Shown: one piece after another, positions 30,122 to 38,908 of the stretch
How positions within the stretch are numbered: the stretch's first letter is position 1
Layout of the letters: each line of letters opens with the position of its first letter
Source: an uncultured Acidobacteriota bacterium
GTDB lineage: Bacteria; Acidobacteriota; Thermoanaerobaculia; Multivoradales; UBA5704
Direction of reading: 5' to 3'
Length of the DNA: 64,000 bases
Assembly: GCA_963792575.1 (NCBI GenBank)
Contig: CAWBWZ010000020.1
Coordinates: forward strand, 935,788 to 999,787
Position numbers and translations under genes: made by a program
The notes under the pieces: model-generated
The model's database searches: none
What the model saw: the letters and a program-made list of their open reading frames with translations, nothing else
Told to the model about the DNA's origin: nothing

Positions 30122-31966
30122 TTACTTCACCGGGTCCCGGACGACGCGGAAGCCGGCGTCGTCATAGCGGAAGTCCGGCTGCACACTGGAAATGTAGGCG
30201 ACAGAACAATTTCTCAAGGCGTTGTTGAAGCCTCCGCCCCGGCGTATCCTCTTGCCCATCGCTATGTCCTCATCGCTCACCCATTCGGAGGCATTGCCCA
30301 GCATGTCGAAGAGACCCAGGCCGTTGGCCGGGTAGAAGCCGACGGGGGCCGTCGCCTCATAGCCGTCGTTCTCCTCTTTATTCTTGCAGTTCACGCTCCC
30401 GAAAGAAGCTTCGGGGGGATTCTTCTCTCCGGCCTGTGCCGCGAACGTCCACTCCTTTCCAGCTGGCAACCGGAACCGGCCTCCGGGCTCACGTTTCTCC
30501 AGCCTCGCGAGGAAAAGTGACGTGTCCTCCCAGGATACCCTCACCACCGGCAGGCCACTACCATGCCGCCGGCTCGGGAGCTTCTTTCCCATGACCTTCG
30601 TCCAAAGGCGCTGGGTGACCTCGAAGCGACCGATACAAAATGGCTGCAAAGGCGGATCAGGAGTCACCTTGACGAAGGCGATCGAAAGTCCCCTGGGCGA
30701 GGGGCATTCCGGAGGATTGAAGCTGGCGTAGACCAGATTGAGATCGAACCAGCGCCTTCCCAGAAGGCGGAAGCCCAGGACCAGGATGGCTACGATGACG
30801 ATGGCGGCGACCCCATATCTCCAGGCTTCCAAAACCCGCTTCAAGGCGTTGGTCGCAACCTCCTTCCGGGAGAGATCGAAGACCTTGCAGTCAGGGGATC
30901 GTGTCGCCAGAACAGGGCTCCCCCACTCTGTGGTGAAACCCTGGACGAACATCGCATTTCGCGTTTTGGAGATCGCGCGATCGATCGGTTCGCGAGCCGC
31001 CAGGCTCTCGTAGAAACATCTGGAAAACAGGATCGCGGCGCGGTCGCTGATCGCGGATTGCATGGCGACGACCGCGGGCAGGCCCCCCTGGATCAGGCTC
31101 TGTGCCAATCCGGAGAACAGCTCGGCGCCATTCCCCTTCGCTCCGTGGCAGACGTTCAGGACCACCAGCCGAAGCTCCGGATGCGCCCCGAGAAGCACGC
31201 TCAGCTCTTGGGCGCCCATCGGATCCGGCCCGCCGGCCTCCCCTTCGAGCAGGATCACCCCGCCGCCACGTTGCTGGTCAAAGGTGCCGTGGCCAATGAA
31301 ATGAAGGATGTGAAAACTCTTTTCGTCGAGCTTCCGGCGCAGAGTATCCCGCGTCGCTCCCTCCAGAATGTCCAACTCCAACCATTCCGCATGCTGAAGG
31401 TCCTCCAGCGAGCGCCGCAGTCCCTCAAGCTCGTCCCGAAACGCGAGAGGGCTGAACCCCTCCGGATGGGCGGCAACAGCAAGCACCCGTATGGGAGGCT
31501 TGACTCGCAGAGGCCGGATGGGCTCCAAATTTTCTTCGTAGCGCAGGACGGGGGTTGAAGGCAGGGTGGCGAGAAACCCGTGAGCAGGATCGAAGAGCAA
31601 TTCCCAGGGACAGTCCCAGAGCCCTGGCGCGAGCAGATGCAGACGGAGCCGAAGAACCTTTCCTGCGCTTTTCGCTCTGCGGAGTTGCCAGGATATGAGA
31701 ATCTGGCCGACGAAAACCGACTGGAAAAGCGAGAGGCCGATCTGGTGGGGAAGATCGCGGGCCGGTCCGGAACCCTTCAGGTCACGGCAGACGCTCTCCG
31801 CCCAAAGCGCGTCTCGCAGTTCCTCCTGAGAGAAAGGGAGAGAGACCTCCGCGTGGGCCTCGCCTCCGCTTTCGGCATCCCGGACCCGCGCCCGATATTG
31901 CTTCTCCCCTGGGGCTTCCCAGATCAGGAGATCGAAATCCTCGGGCCCTTTTCGGCGCTTGAACAT
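30122..31966 (-). CDS. CHAT-domain protease fused through one TM helix to an FGE-sulfatase (SUMF1-like) domain
   Basis: CHAT dyad context FHILHFIGHG and LVVLNVCHGA. TM segment GVAAIVIVAILVLGF. C-terminal RVSWEDTSLFLARL, GLFDMLGNASEWVSD, RRGGGFNN and GFRVVRD match FGE/SUMF1-family motifs. Confidence 0.8.
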   Translation of the reverse strand: MFKRRKGPEDFDLLIWEAPGEKQYRARVRDAESGGEAHAEVSLPFSQEELRDALWAESVCRDLKGSGPARDLPHQIGLSLFQSVFVGQILISWQLRRAKSAGKVLRLRLHLLAPGLWDCPWELLFDPAHGFLATLPSTPVLRYEENLEPIRPLRVKPPIRVLAVAAHPEGFSPLAFRDELEGLRRSLEDLQHAEWLELDILEGATRDTLRRKLDEKSFHILHFIGHGTFDQQRGGGVILLEGEAGGPDPMGAQELSVLLGAHPELRLVVLNVCHGAKGNGAELFSGLAQSLIQGGLPAVVAMQSAISDRAAILFSRCFYESLAAREPIDRAISKTRNAMFVQGFTTEWGSPVLATRSPDCKVFDLSRKEVATNALKRVLEAWRYGVAAIVIVAILVLGFRLLGRRWFDLNLVYASFNPPECPSPRGLSIAFVKVTPDPPLQPFCIGRFEVTQRLWTKVMGKKLPSRRHGSGLPVVRVSWEDTSLFLARLEKREPGGRFRLPAGKEWTFAAQAGEKNPPEASFGSVNCKNKEENDGYEATAPVGFYPANGLGLFDMLGNASEWVSDEDIAMGKRIRRGGGFNNALRNCSVAYISSVQPDFRYDDAGFRVVRDPVK

Positions 31967-32011
31967 CTCGCCTTAAAGACCCGATGTCTCCCCAACCTGT
32001 TTAGATTCTCA

Positions 32012-32197
32012 CCGCCCGCAGGGCGGAATTTATCCAGCCTGGGGTGTCAACCCCAGGTGGCTGGTCCAACCCACCCAAACCCCGAAGGGGTGGCCGATCG
32101 GGTTGGAATCGGCCACCCTTACAGGGTTTGGATTTCGGGGTGCCTCCCTACCTGGGGTTGACACCCCAGGCTGGATAAATTCCGCCCTGCGGGCGGG
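32012..32197. mobile_element. MITE-like palindromic element, copy 1 (186 bp, 47-bp perfect terminal inverted repeats)
   Basis: TIR is ccgcccgcagggcggaatttatccagcctggggtgtcaaccccaggt. The interior carries the hairpin ggtggccgat...atcggccacc. A second copy with inverted interior lies at 50577..50810. Confidence 0.8.
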
Positions 32198-32215
32198 CCA
32201 CATCCCCCACCCCCT

Positions 32216-32818
32216 CTACTTCCCCACCCGCTCCCCCACGCTGCTCGCCTCGATATCGATCTGAATCTTCACCGCGTCGCCGAGCATGGGGCCGGAGTCG
32301 AGGACGTTGTTCCAGGTGATCCCGAACTCCTTGCGGTCGACGGTGAAGGTGGCCTCGAAACCCGCCTTCTCGCCGTGCGGAGCCTGCATCGTGCCCAGGA
32401 ACCGCACCGGGAAGGTGATCTGGCGGCTGACCCCGTGCATCGTCAGGTTGCCCGTCACCTCCAGGATGTCGGCGTCCTTGGGGACCACCTTGGTGCTGGT
32501 GAAGGTCAGGGTCGGATACTTGTCGGTCTCGAAGAACTTCTTGGAGCGCAGGTCCTCGTCGCGGTCATTGTTGGCGGTGTCGATCGACGCCGCCCGCACG
32601 GTGAACTCGATGCTGCTCGCCGCCGGGTTCTGCTTGTCGTACTTGATGACGCCGTCGAAGTCCCGGAAGCGCCCCGAGACGTTGGAGACGAAGTGCCGGA
32701 TGCTGAAGTTCACGCCGCTGTGGTCGGCGTCCACCTTGTAGACCGCCGGCTCGGCCAGCGCCAGGGCCGGCAGCAGGAGCGCCAACCAGAGAGTGTGCAG
32801 GGGCGTGCGTCTCTTCAT
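32216..32818 (-). CDS. YceI-like periplasmic polyisoprenoid-binding protein
   Basis: Signal peptide from the internal Met (MKRRTPLHTLWLALLLPALALA). YKVDADHSGVNFSIRHF, NDRDEDLRSKKFFETDKYPT and LTMHGVS are typical YceI motifs. Confidence 0.85.
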   Translation of the reverse strand: MKRRTPLHTLWLALLLPALALAEPAVYKVDADHSGVNFSIRHFVSNVSGRFRDFDGVIKYDKQNPAASSIEFTVRAASIDTANNDRDEDLRSKKFFETDKYPTLTFTSTKVVPKDADILEVTGNLTMHGVSRQITFPVRFLGTMQAPHGEKAGFEATFTVDRKEFGITWNNVLDSGPMLGDAVKIQIDIEASSVGERVGK

Positions 32819-32890
32819 GATCGGCTCCTTCGACGAATCCAATCGACAGTTTACTACATGGCTATGCAGGCGCGCAGAGGGTGGCGAGGA

Positions 32891-33013
32891 GCGGATTTTT
32901 CCTCCCCCTTCAGGGGGAGGCCAGGAGGGGGCGCCCCAGACAAGGAGCGGTCCCGGACTCCGCAAAGCCCCCCTCCTGGCCTCCCCCCGTTCCGGGTGGA
33001 GGAAAAATTCCGC
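32891..33013. repeat. imperfect ~41-bp inverted repeat element between yceI-like start and aceE stop
   Basis: gcggatttttcctcccccttcagggggaggccaggaggggg versus the reverse complement gcggaatttttcctccacccggaacggggggaggccaggagggggg. Confidence 0.7.
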
Positions 33014-33017
33014 ACTT

Positions 33018-35737
33018 CTAGCTGCTCATCGGGTCCAGCTTCTCGGGATCGACGCCCAGCTCCTCGATCGCGCGGCGGACGACAGCGCGGTCGATCCTCC
33101 CCCACTTGGACGAGCTGATGGAGGGCGGCGAGGACGACGCACTCGGCGTCCACCTCGAAGAAGCGGCGGAGCGCCTCGCGGGTCTCGCTGCGGCCGAAGC
33201 CGTCGGTGCCGAGCGAGATAGAGCCGGCCGGGGAGCCAGCGCGCGATCTGCTCCGGCACCAGCTTCATGTAGTCGGTGACCGCGACGATCGGGTCGTCGT
33301 CCCCTTCGAGCAGGCCGGCCACGTACGGCTTGCGCGGCTCCTGGTCGGGATGCAGCAGGTTCCAGCGCTCCGCCTCCAGGGCGTCGCGGCGCAGCTCCTT
33401 GTAGCTGGTCACGCTCCAGACGTCGGCGGCCACGCCGTAGCGCTCGGCGAGGATCTCCTGCGCCCGCAGCGCCTCGCGCAGGATCGAGCCGCTGCCGAGG
33501 AGATGGACGCTGCGGACGGTCCGCTGATCGGCCTTCGCTCGGGCGCCGGCCGGAACTTGTACAGCCCCTTGAGGATCCCCTCGTCCACGCCGTCCGGCAT
33601 CGCGCGGCATCGGGTAGTTCTCGTTGTAGAGGGTGATGTAGTAGAAGATGTCCTCCCGGTTCGCGTACATCCGCTGGATGCCGTCGCGGATGATCACCGC
33701 CAGCTCGTAGGCGAAGGCCGGGATCGTAGGCGCGCAGGTTGGGGACGACGCTCGCCAGCACGTGGCTGTGGCCGTCCTCGTGCTGCAGCCCTTCGCCGTT
33801 CAGCGTGGTGCGGCCGGCGGTGGCGCCGAGCAGGAAGCCGCGGGTGCGCAGGTCGGCGGCGGCCCAGATCAGGTCGCCGATGCGCTGGAAGCCGAACATC
33901 GAGTAGAAGATGAAGAACGGGATCATGTCGATCGCCGTGCGTGGCGTAGGCGGTGCCGGCGGCGATGAACGACGCCATCGAGCCCGCCTCGGTGATGCCC
34001 TCCTCCAGGATCTGCCCGTCCTTGGCCTCGCGGTAGTAGAGCAGCATCGACTTGTCGACCGGCTCGTAGAGCTGGCCGACGTGCGAGTAGATGCCGAACT
34101 GGCGGAACAGCGACTCCATGCCGAAGGTGCGCGCCTCGTCGGGGACGATCGGCACGATCTTACTTGCCGATCTCCTTGTCCTTCAGGAGCTGGGTCAGCA
34201 TCTGGACGAAGACCATCGTCGTCGAGACGTCGCGGTCCGATCCCCTCGGAGAAGCGCCCCCAGACGTCGTCCCCTCGGGCATCGGCCAGCGGCTCCTTGC
34301 GCACCCGCGCGGCGGCACCGGGCCGCCGAGCGCGTGGCGGCGCTCCTGCAGGTACTGGATCTCCGGGCTGTTCTCGGGCGGACGGTAGAAGGCGGCCTCG
34401 GCCAGCTCCTCGTCGGTGACGGGATGTCGAAGCGGTCGCGGAAGATGCGCAGCTCCTCCTCGGTGAGCTTCTTCTGCTGGTGGGTGACGTTCTTCCCCTC
34501 GCCCGCCTCGCCCAGGCCGTAGCCCTTGACCGTCTTCGCCAGGATGACCGTCGGCGACCCCTTGTGCTCGACCGCGGCCTTGTAGGCGGCGTAGACCTTG
34601 ACCGGGTCGTGGCCGCCGCGCCGCAGGCTGTGGAGCTGCTCGTCCGAGTAGTTCTTGACCAGCTCCAGCAGCTCCGGGTACTTGCCGAAGAAGTGCTGGC
34701 GGATGTAGGCGCCGGGCTCGACGACGTACTTCTGGTACTCGCCGTCGACGCCTCGTTCATCCGCTGGACAGGAGGCCGGTGTTGTCCGCCTCGAGCAGCG
34801 GATCCCAGTCGCTCGCCCCAGATCACCTTGATGACGTTCCAGCCGGCGCCGCGGAAGGCGGCCTCCAGCTCCTGGATGATCTTGCCGTTGCCGCGCACCG
34901 GGCCGTCGAGGCGCTGGAGGTTGCAGTTGATGACGAAGATCAGGTTGTCGAGCTTCTCGCGCGAGGCGAGGGTGATCGCGCCCAGCGTCTCCGGCTCGTC
35001 GGTCTCGCCGTCGCCGAGGAAGGCCCAGACCTTCCGGCTCTGCGGAGTCGCGCAGGCCGCGGTCGCGCAGGTAGCGGTTGAACTTCGCCTGGTAGATGGC
35101 GCTGATCGGCCCGAGGCCCATCGACACCGTGGGGAACTCCCAGAAGTCCGGCATCAGCCACGGGTGGGGGTAGGACGGCGAGGCCGCCCCCCGGCGCCAG
35201 CTCGCGGCGGAAGTTGTCCATCTGCCCGGTGGTGAGCCGCCCTTCGAGGAAGGCGTGGGCGTAGATGCCCGGCGAGGCGTGGCCCTGGAAGTAGATCATG
35301 TCGCCGTCGAACCCGCCCTCGCCCCGGCCGCGGAAGAAGTGGTGGAAGCCGACCTGGTAGAGGGTGGCCGACGAGGCGAAGGTCGAGATGTGGCCGCCGA
35401 GGCCGGAGTACTTCTTGTTGGCCCGCACCACCATCGCCATCGCGTTCCAGCGGACGATGCTCTTGATGCGGCGCTCAAGGGCGCGGTCGCCGCCGTAGGG
35501 GGGCTCCTCGCTCTTCGGGATGGTATTGATGTAGGGGGTGTTGCCGGTGAAGGGGAGGACGACGTCCTTCTCATACCCCTTCTCGAGCAGCTTCTTGAGC
35601 AGGAAACACGCCCGGTCCCGCCCCTCGATCTCGACCAGCTGCTCGAACGCGGTCAGCCACTCCTCGGTCTCGTTGACGTCGCTATCCGCCTCTCCACCCG
35701 TGTACCAGTTGAGTGGAGCCTGATACGGCTTGCTCAT
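33018..35737 (-). pseudogene. aceE: pyruvate dehydrogenase E1 component (homodimeric AceE type), disrupted by many frameshifts
   Basis: GGAGGAGG SD then MSKPYQAPLNWY... Segments [76 protein letters not shown] and the C-term [15 protein letters not shown] lie in at least 5 ORF-track entries and frames. Confidence 0.85.
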
Positions 35738-35881
35738 TCCCAGTGCCTCCTCCGTTCCATGCGGGATCACCCCCGCGCGCCGTCTCCAGAGGGTGACACG
35801 TCCACCCAAGGCGAGGCAATCCGGAGCATATGACAAGGAAGGAGGCTGTGGGGGGCGGTCCTGGGTGGCCGATGCCAAAGC

Positions 35882-35986
35882 AAGGACGTAAAGGACGACA
35901 AGGACGACAAGGACAAAACCCCCGATCCTGGGCGGTATCTTCTTGTCCTTGATGTCCTTGATGTCCTTGCCGTCCTTTACGTCCTT
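35882..35986. repeat. inverted array of AAGGACNNN 9-mers (4 units, 24-nt loop, 5 units inverted)
   Basis: aaggacgta aaggacgac aaggacgac aaggacaaa ... cttgtcctt gatgtcctt gatgtcctt gccgtcctt tacgtcctt. Lies between the caspase stop and the aceE start. Confidence 0.85.
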
Positions 35987-36003
35987 TGTTCTTTCCCGCC
36001 GCT

Positions 36004-38079
36004 CTAAATCCCCCGCCCCCCCACCGCCACCGGCGAGGAGACCGGCCGGCGCACCCGGAAGGAGCGGGTGAGGACGGTCCAATCCTCGGGGCCTTCGATC
36101 CGCTCCGCCCGCGTCCGCGTGTCGCGCCGCGTATACCCGCCGCCGCCGAAGGTGGTCAGCAGGAGATCGTCGAGCGAGCTGGCCGGGCCGCCCACCCCCT
36201 CCCGGACGCCGGACTGGAACAGCGGCTGGAAGTCGGCCGGATGGGTGGTGAAGAGGATCTTCAGCGTCTCGACCCCCTCGACCTCCTCACCCGGACCTGC
36301 GGCGAGGAACGGGAACTCGTCGGGGATGTAGAGACTGATCTCGCGGCCCGGCTGAGTCCCCACCTCCAGCGCGATGGCCGGGAGCAGGCAGTCCTCGGCT
36401 CCGGGAGCCGGATAGACGAGCTGGATCCGGCCGGTGAGCCCGAGGTCGAGGAGATAGACGAACAAGGGCTTCTCGTGCTGGTGGGAGATCTTGAACGCCA
36501 CATCATCTCCCTCGTGGAAGAGCGGCAGGCCGCCATCTCCGGCCTCCGGGGCCTGCAGGCCGCTGAGCGTCTTGCGCAGGATCTCGACGTTCACCTTGCC
36601 CGCGAGCGCGCTCGTCGCGTTCTCCAGATCCATGATCAGGCGGTACCGGGCCACCTTTTCCAGATTCTCCCGCAGCACCCCCACCACACCGGGCTCGTGC
36701 CGCCGGCGGGTCGGCATCAGCAGGTCGCCATTCTCCCCGACCACCGCCCAGGTCTCCTCGCGCAGGGGGCCCAGTTGCGGCACGGAAGAGGTTTTCGTGA
36801 CCTTGGAGCGCGGCGCCAGCAGATAGGCCCGGGCCTTGGCATAGCCGCCGCCGCGCTCGGCCCGGCGCAGCACCTTGGAGCCGTCGAGCCCTTCGATGAG
36901 CGCCTGCACATCCTGTCCCGAGGGAGCGATCACCTCGACCGGCATGCGGGTCTCCAGCGCATGGCTCTCCTCCACCCCTCTCATGCCCTCCGTCACCGCT
37001 CCGGGCTGAAGCTCCCGCAGGAGCCGCGCCTCGCTGGTGACCGCCCGCACGGCGGTCAGGGACACCAGCCCCAGGGGCTCCATTTCTGGCGTGACCGCTT
37101 TCGTCCCCGCGGGATAGATCGCCCACTGCGATCCCTCGGTGAGGCCACAGGCGGCGCCCCCGCCGAGGATCACCCGGTCCCCCGACCTCTGCACGACCGG
37201 TACGAACTTCATCGGCTCGATCCGGCCGACGCCGAAGACCGCCAGGTCGCGGGCGCCTTCGAGCTGCGGATGCTGATCGGCGAACCGCGACGACACAAGC
37301 GGTGCCATCGCCTCGAACACGTCCCGGTAGGTGGCGCCGGATTCGGCCTTGAGAAGCTCCCTGCTCAGGAAGAAGGTCAGCGCCCCGTGGCGGACCCCCG
37401 CCGGCTCCTCGATCTCGAACGACCTCTCCTTCTGGCTGCACCCGGAGATCAGGACATATCTCTCCCCGAGGGGGAGCCAGCCGCTCGGACCGACATCCCG
37501 GCCGCCGTCCAGTTGACCGCGGAACGCGAGCGGGATCGGGGAGGGAGGCAACTCGTGGGCCGGCCGGAGATCCGGTTCGACCCACCGGACCTCGCCACCG
37601 AAGTCGTCGCGGACGATCGTCCCCGAGTGGCAGCAATCGAAGATCAGGGTGACGGCGGACGTCTTGGCCGTCAGCTCCCGCAGCCAGAGATAGATCTCGT
37701 CGTCCTTGATATCCCGGTTTTCATGCGGAGCCCGGCCGCTGTCATAGGGCACGATCGTCTCGTCGAGGCCATCCGGCTCATCCCCTTCGAGATCGGTCAT
37801 CTGCGAGCCATGGCCGCTGTAGTGAAAGACGACGATGTCCTCCGGCCCCACCCGCTGAACCAGCTCCCGCATCGCCCCGAGAATGCCCTCCCGGGACGCC
37901 TGCTCATCCGTGATCACGGCGACATGGCTCTCAGGAAAATCAAACGAATTCACGAGGACCTGCCGCATCACCTCGACATCATTGACACAGCCGGAGAGCT
38001 GACCTCGCGGAGCGAAGTTGGGATACCGGTTGATGCCGATCAGCAGGGCCCACTTGGGGCGGTCGTCGGCCTGATTCAT
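36004..38079 (-). CDS. caspase-like peptidase (C14 family) with a ~430-aa C-terminal extension ending in a DUF4384-like module
   Basis: KWALLIGINRY, His in FHYSGHGS and Cys in IFDCCHSGT (clan-CD dyad). No signal peptide. Tail segment DDVAFKISHQHEKPLFVYLLDLGLTGRIQLVYP resembles DUF4384. The ATG overlaps the upstream stop (ATGA). Confidence 0.85.
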   Translation of the reverse strand: MNQADDRPKWALLIGINRYPNFAPRGQLSGCVNDVEVMRQVLVNSFDFPESHVAVITDEQASREGILGAMRELVQRVGPEDIVVFHYSGHGSQMTDLEGDEPDGLDETIVPYDSGRAPHENRDIKDDEIYLWLRELTAKTSAVTLIFDCCHSGTIVRDDFGGEVRWVEPDLRPAHELPPSPIPLAFRGQLDGGRDVGPSGWLPLGERYVLISGCSQKERSFEIEEPAGVRHGALTFFLSRELLKAESGATYRDVFEAMAPLVSSRFADQHPQLEGARDLAVFGVGRIEPMKFVPVVQRSGDRVILGGGAACGLTEGSQWAIYPAGTKAVTPEMEPLGLVSLTAVRAVTSEARLLRELQPGAVTEGMRGVEESHALETRMPVEVIAPSGQDVQALIEGLDGSKVLRRAERGGGYAKARAYLLAPRSKVTKTSSVPQLGPLREETWAVVGENGDLLMPTRRRHEPGVVGVLRENLEKVARYRLIMDLENATSALAGKVNVEILRKTLSGLQAPEAGDGGLPLFHEGDDVAFKISHQHEKPLFVYLLDLGLTGRIQLVYPAPGAEDCLLPAIALEVGTQPGREISLYIPDEFPFLAAGPGEEVEGVETLKILFTTHPADFQPLFQSGVREGVGGPASSLDDLLLTTFGGGGYTRRDTRTRAERIEGPEDWTVLTRSFRVRRPVSSPVAVGGRGI

Positions 38080-38525
38080 GGAAGGGATTTCCTTTCAGAA
38101 GTCTCACGGAGAGAGACACCTTCGGAAGCGGTTTGTTTAGCGGGAACCGCCATCCTCTCCGGCGTGAAACCCGAGTAACTGACACCGAACGGCGAAACGA
38201 TGTGCCATTGGGAGTACGGGAGACGGCGCTTTCCAGGGGGCGTCGGGTTCTTGAACAGGATCTCAAGATGCACGACATGCCCCCTTATTTGGGGTGCGTA
38301 GTCCTTGCCGTCGAGATAGGTGTAGTTCCACCAGATCCAACGTTCGTCACCGAACAGGACCGACTGCCGGGTATTCGGGAGCCCCAGAAGCTCCTCGACC
38401 TCGTCGGCCGTCCGGCCGTTCACCATCGCGGAGATCTGATCGAACGACTTTTCCGCGGGACCAATGTGGCGGCACTGCGCACATACCAGCAGCAGAGCCA
38501 AAAGACAATAATTTATAGGTTTCAT
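38076..38525 (-). CDS. small exported protein (149 aa), possible lipoprotein
   Basis: GGAGG SD then MKPINYCLLALLLVCAQC signal sequence. The rest has no family match I can recall. Translationally coupled to the caspase gene. Confidence 0.6.
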   Translation of the reverse strand: MKPINYCLLALLLVCAQCRHIGPAEKSFDQISAMVNGRTADEVEELLGLPNTRQSVLFGDERWIWWNYTYLDGKDYAPQIRGHVVHLEILFKNPTPPGKRRLPYSQWHIVSPFGVSYSGFTPERMAVPAKQTASEGVSLRETSERKSLP

Positions 38526-38549
38526 GATTGATCCTCCGAGCGAACCGGT

Positions 38550-38594
38550 GCCGGAGCGCAGGCCGGCAGAGCGCCTGCCGCACTGCGCTCCGGC
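38550..38594 (-). other. strong RNA stem-loop (12 + 6 bp) between the sORF and the exported-protein gene
   Basis: gccggagcgcag / ctgcgctccggc with a nested cggcag / ctgccg pair. No T-tract follows, so it is not a canonical terminator. Confidence 0.5.
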
Positions 38595-38619
38595 AAAACT
38601 GGACTGGAAATCTTCCGGC

Positions 38620-38769
38620 TTACGAATCGCCGTCCGGGTCCTTGACGATCGTCTGTACGTGGTCGACGGCTGGCGGCGGCGGGGGATCTTCCCGGGGGAT
38701 GCCGGGGGGCTTCGACTCGGACTCCCCGGCGTTAACATGCTTACCCTGGTCTTTGGAGCTCTGGTCCAT
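38620..38769 (-). CDS. candidate 49-aa Pro/acidic small protein (below the ORF-track cutoff)
   Basis: AAGGAGGAACGC then ATG. Hand translation gives MDQSSKDQGKHVNAGESESKPPGIPREDPPPPPAVDHVQTIVKDPDGDS followed by TAA. Confidence 0.4.
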   Translation of the reverse strand: MDQSSKDQGKHVNAGESESKPPGIPREDPPPPPAVDHVQTIVKDPDGDS

Positions 38770-38908
38770 GCGTTCCTCCTTGCCAAACATCGTTGATGGA
38801 CTGAGGTGCCGCCGGAGGCTGGGAAATACCTGGAGCCTCGCTTCACGATCGGCAGCTTCCTCGCGTTTCCATCTCGGGAAGACACGCTGGTATGGAGCTT
38901 GTTTATAT

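Noticed and set aside
31580-32161. 193-aa ORF (and 50523..50894, 123 aa) sharing the peptide ...NPNP.GVADRVGIGHPYRVWI...
   Set aside because: The shared peptide is simply the MITE-like element read through in one frame. The elements are palindromic non-coding repeats, and the flanking parts are antisense or intergenic.
35986-38178. 730-aa plus-strand ORF opposite the caspase gene
   Set aside because: The minus strand encodes an intact C14 caspase with its catalytic dyad. The plus-strand product is a low-complexity Arg/Pro/Gly-rich sequence.
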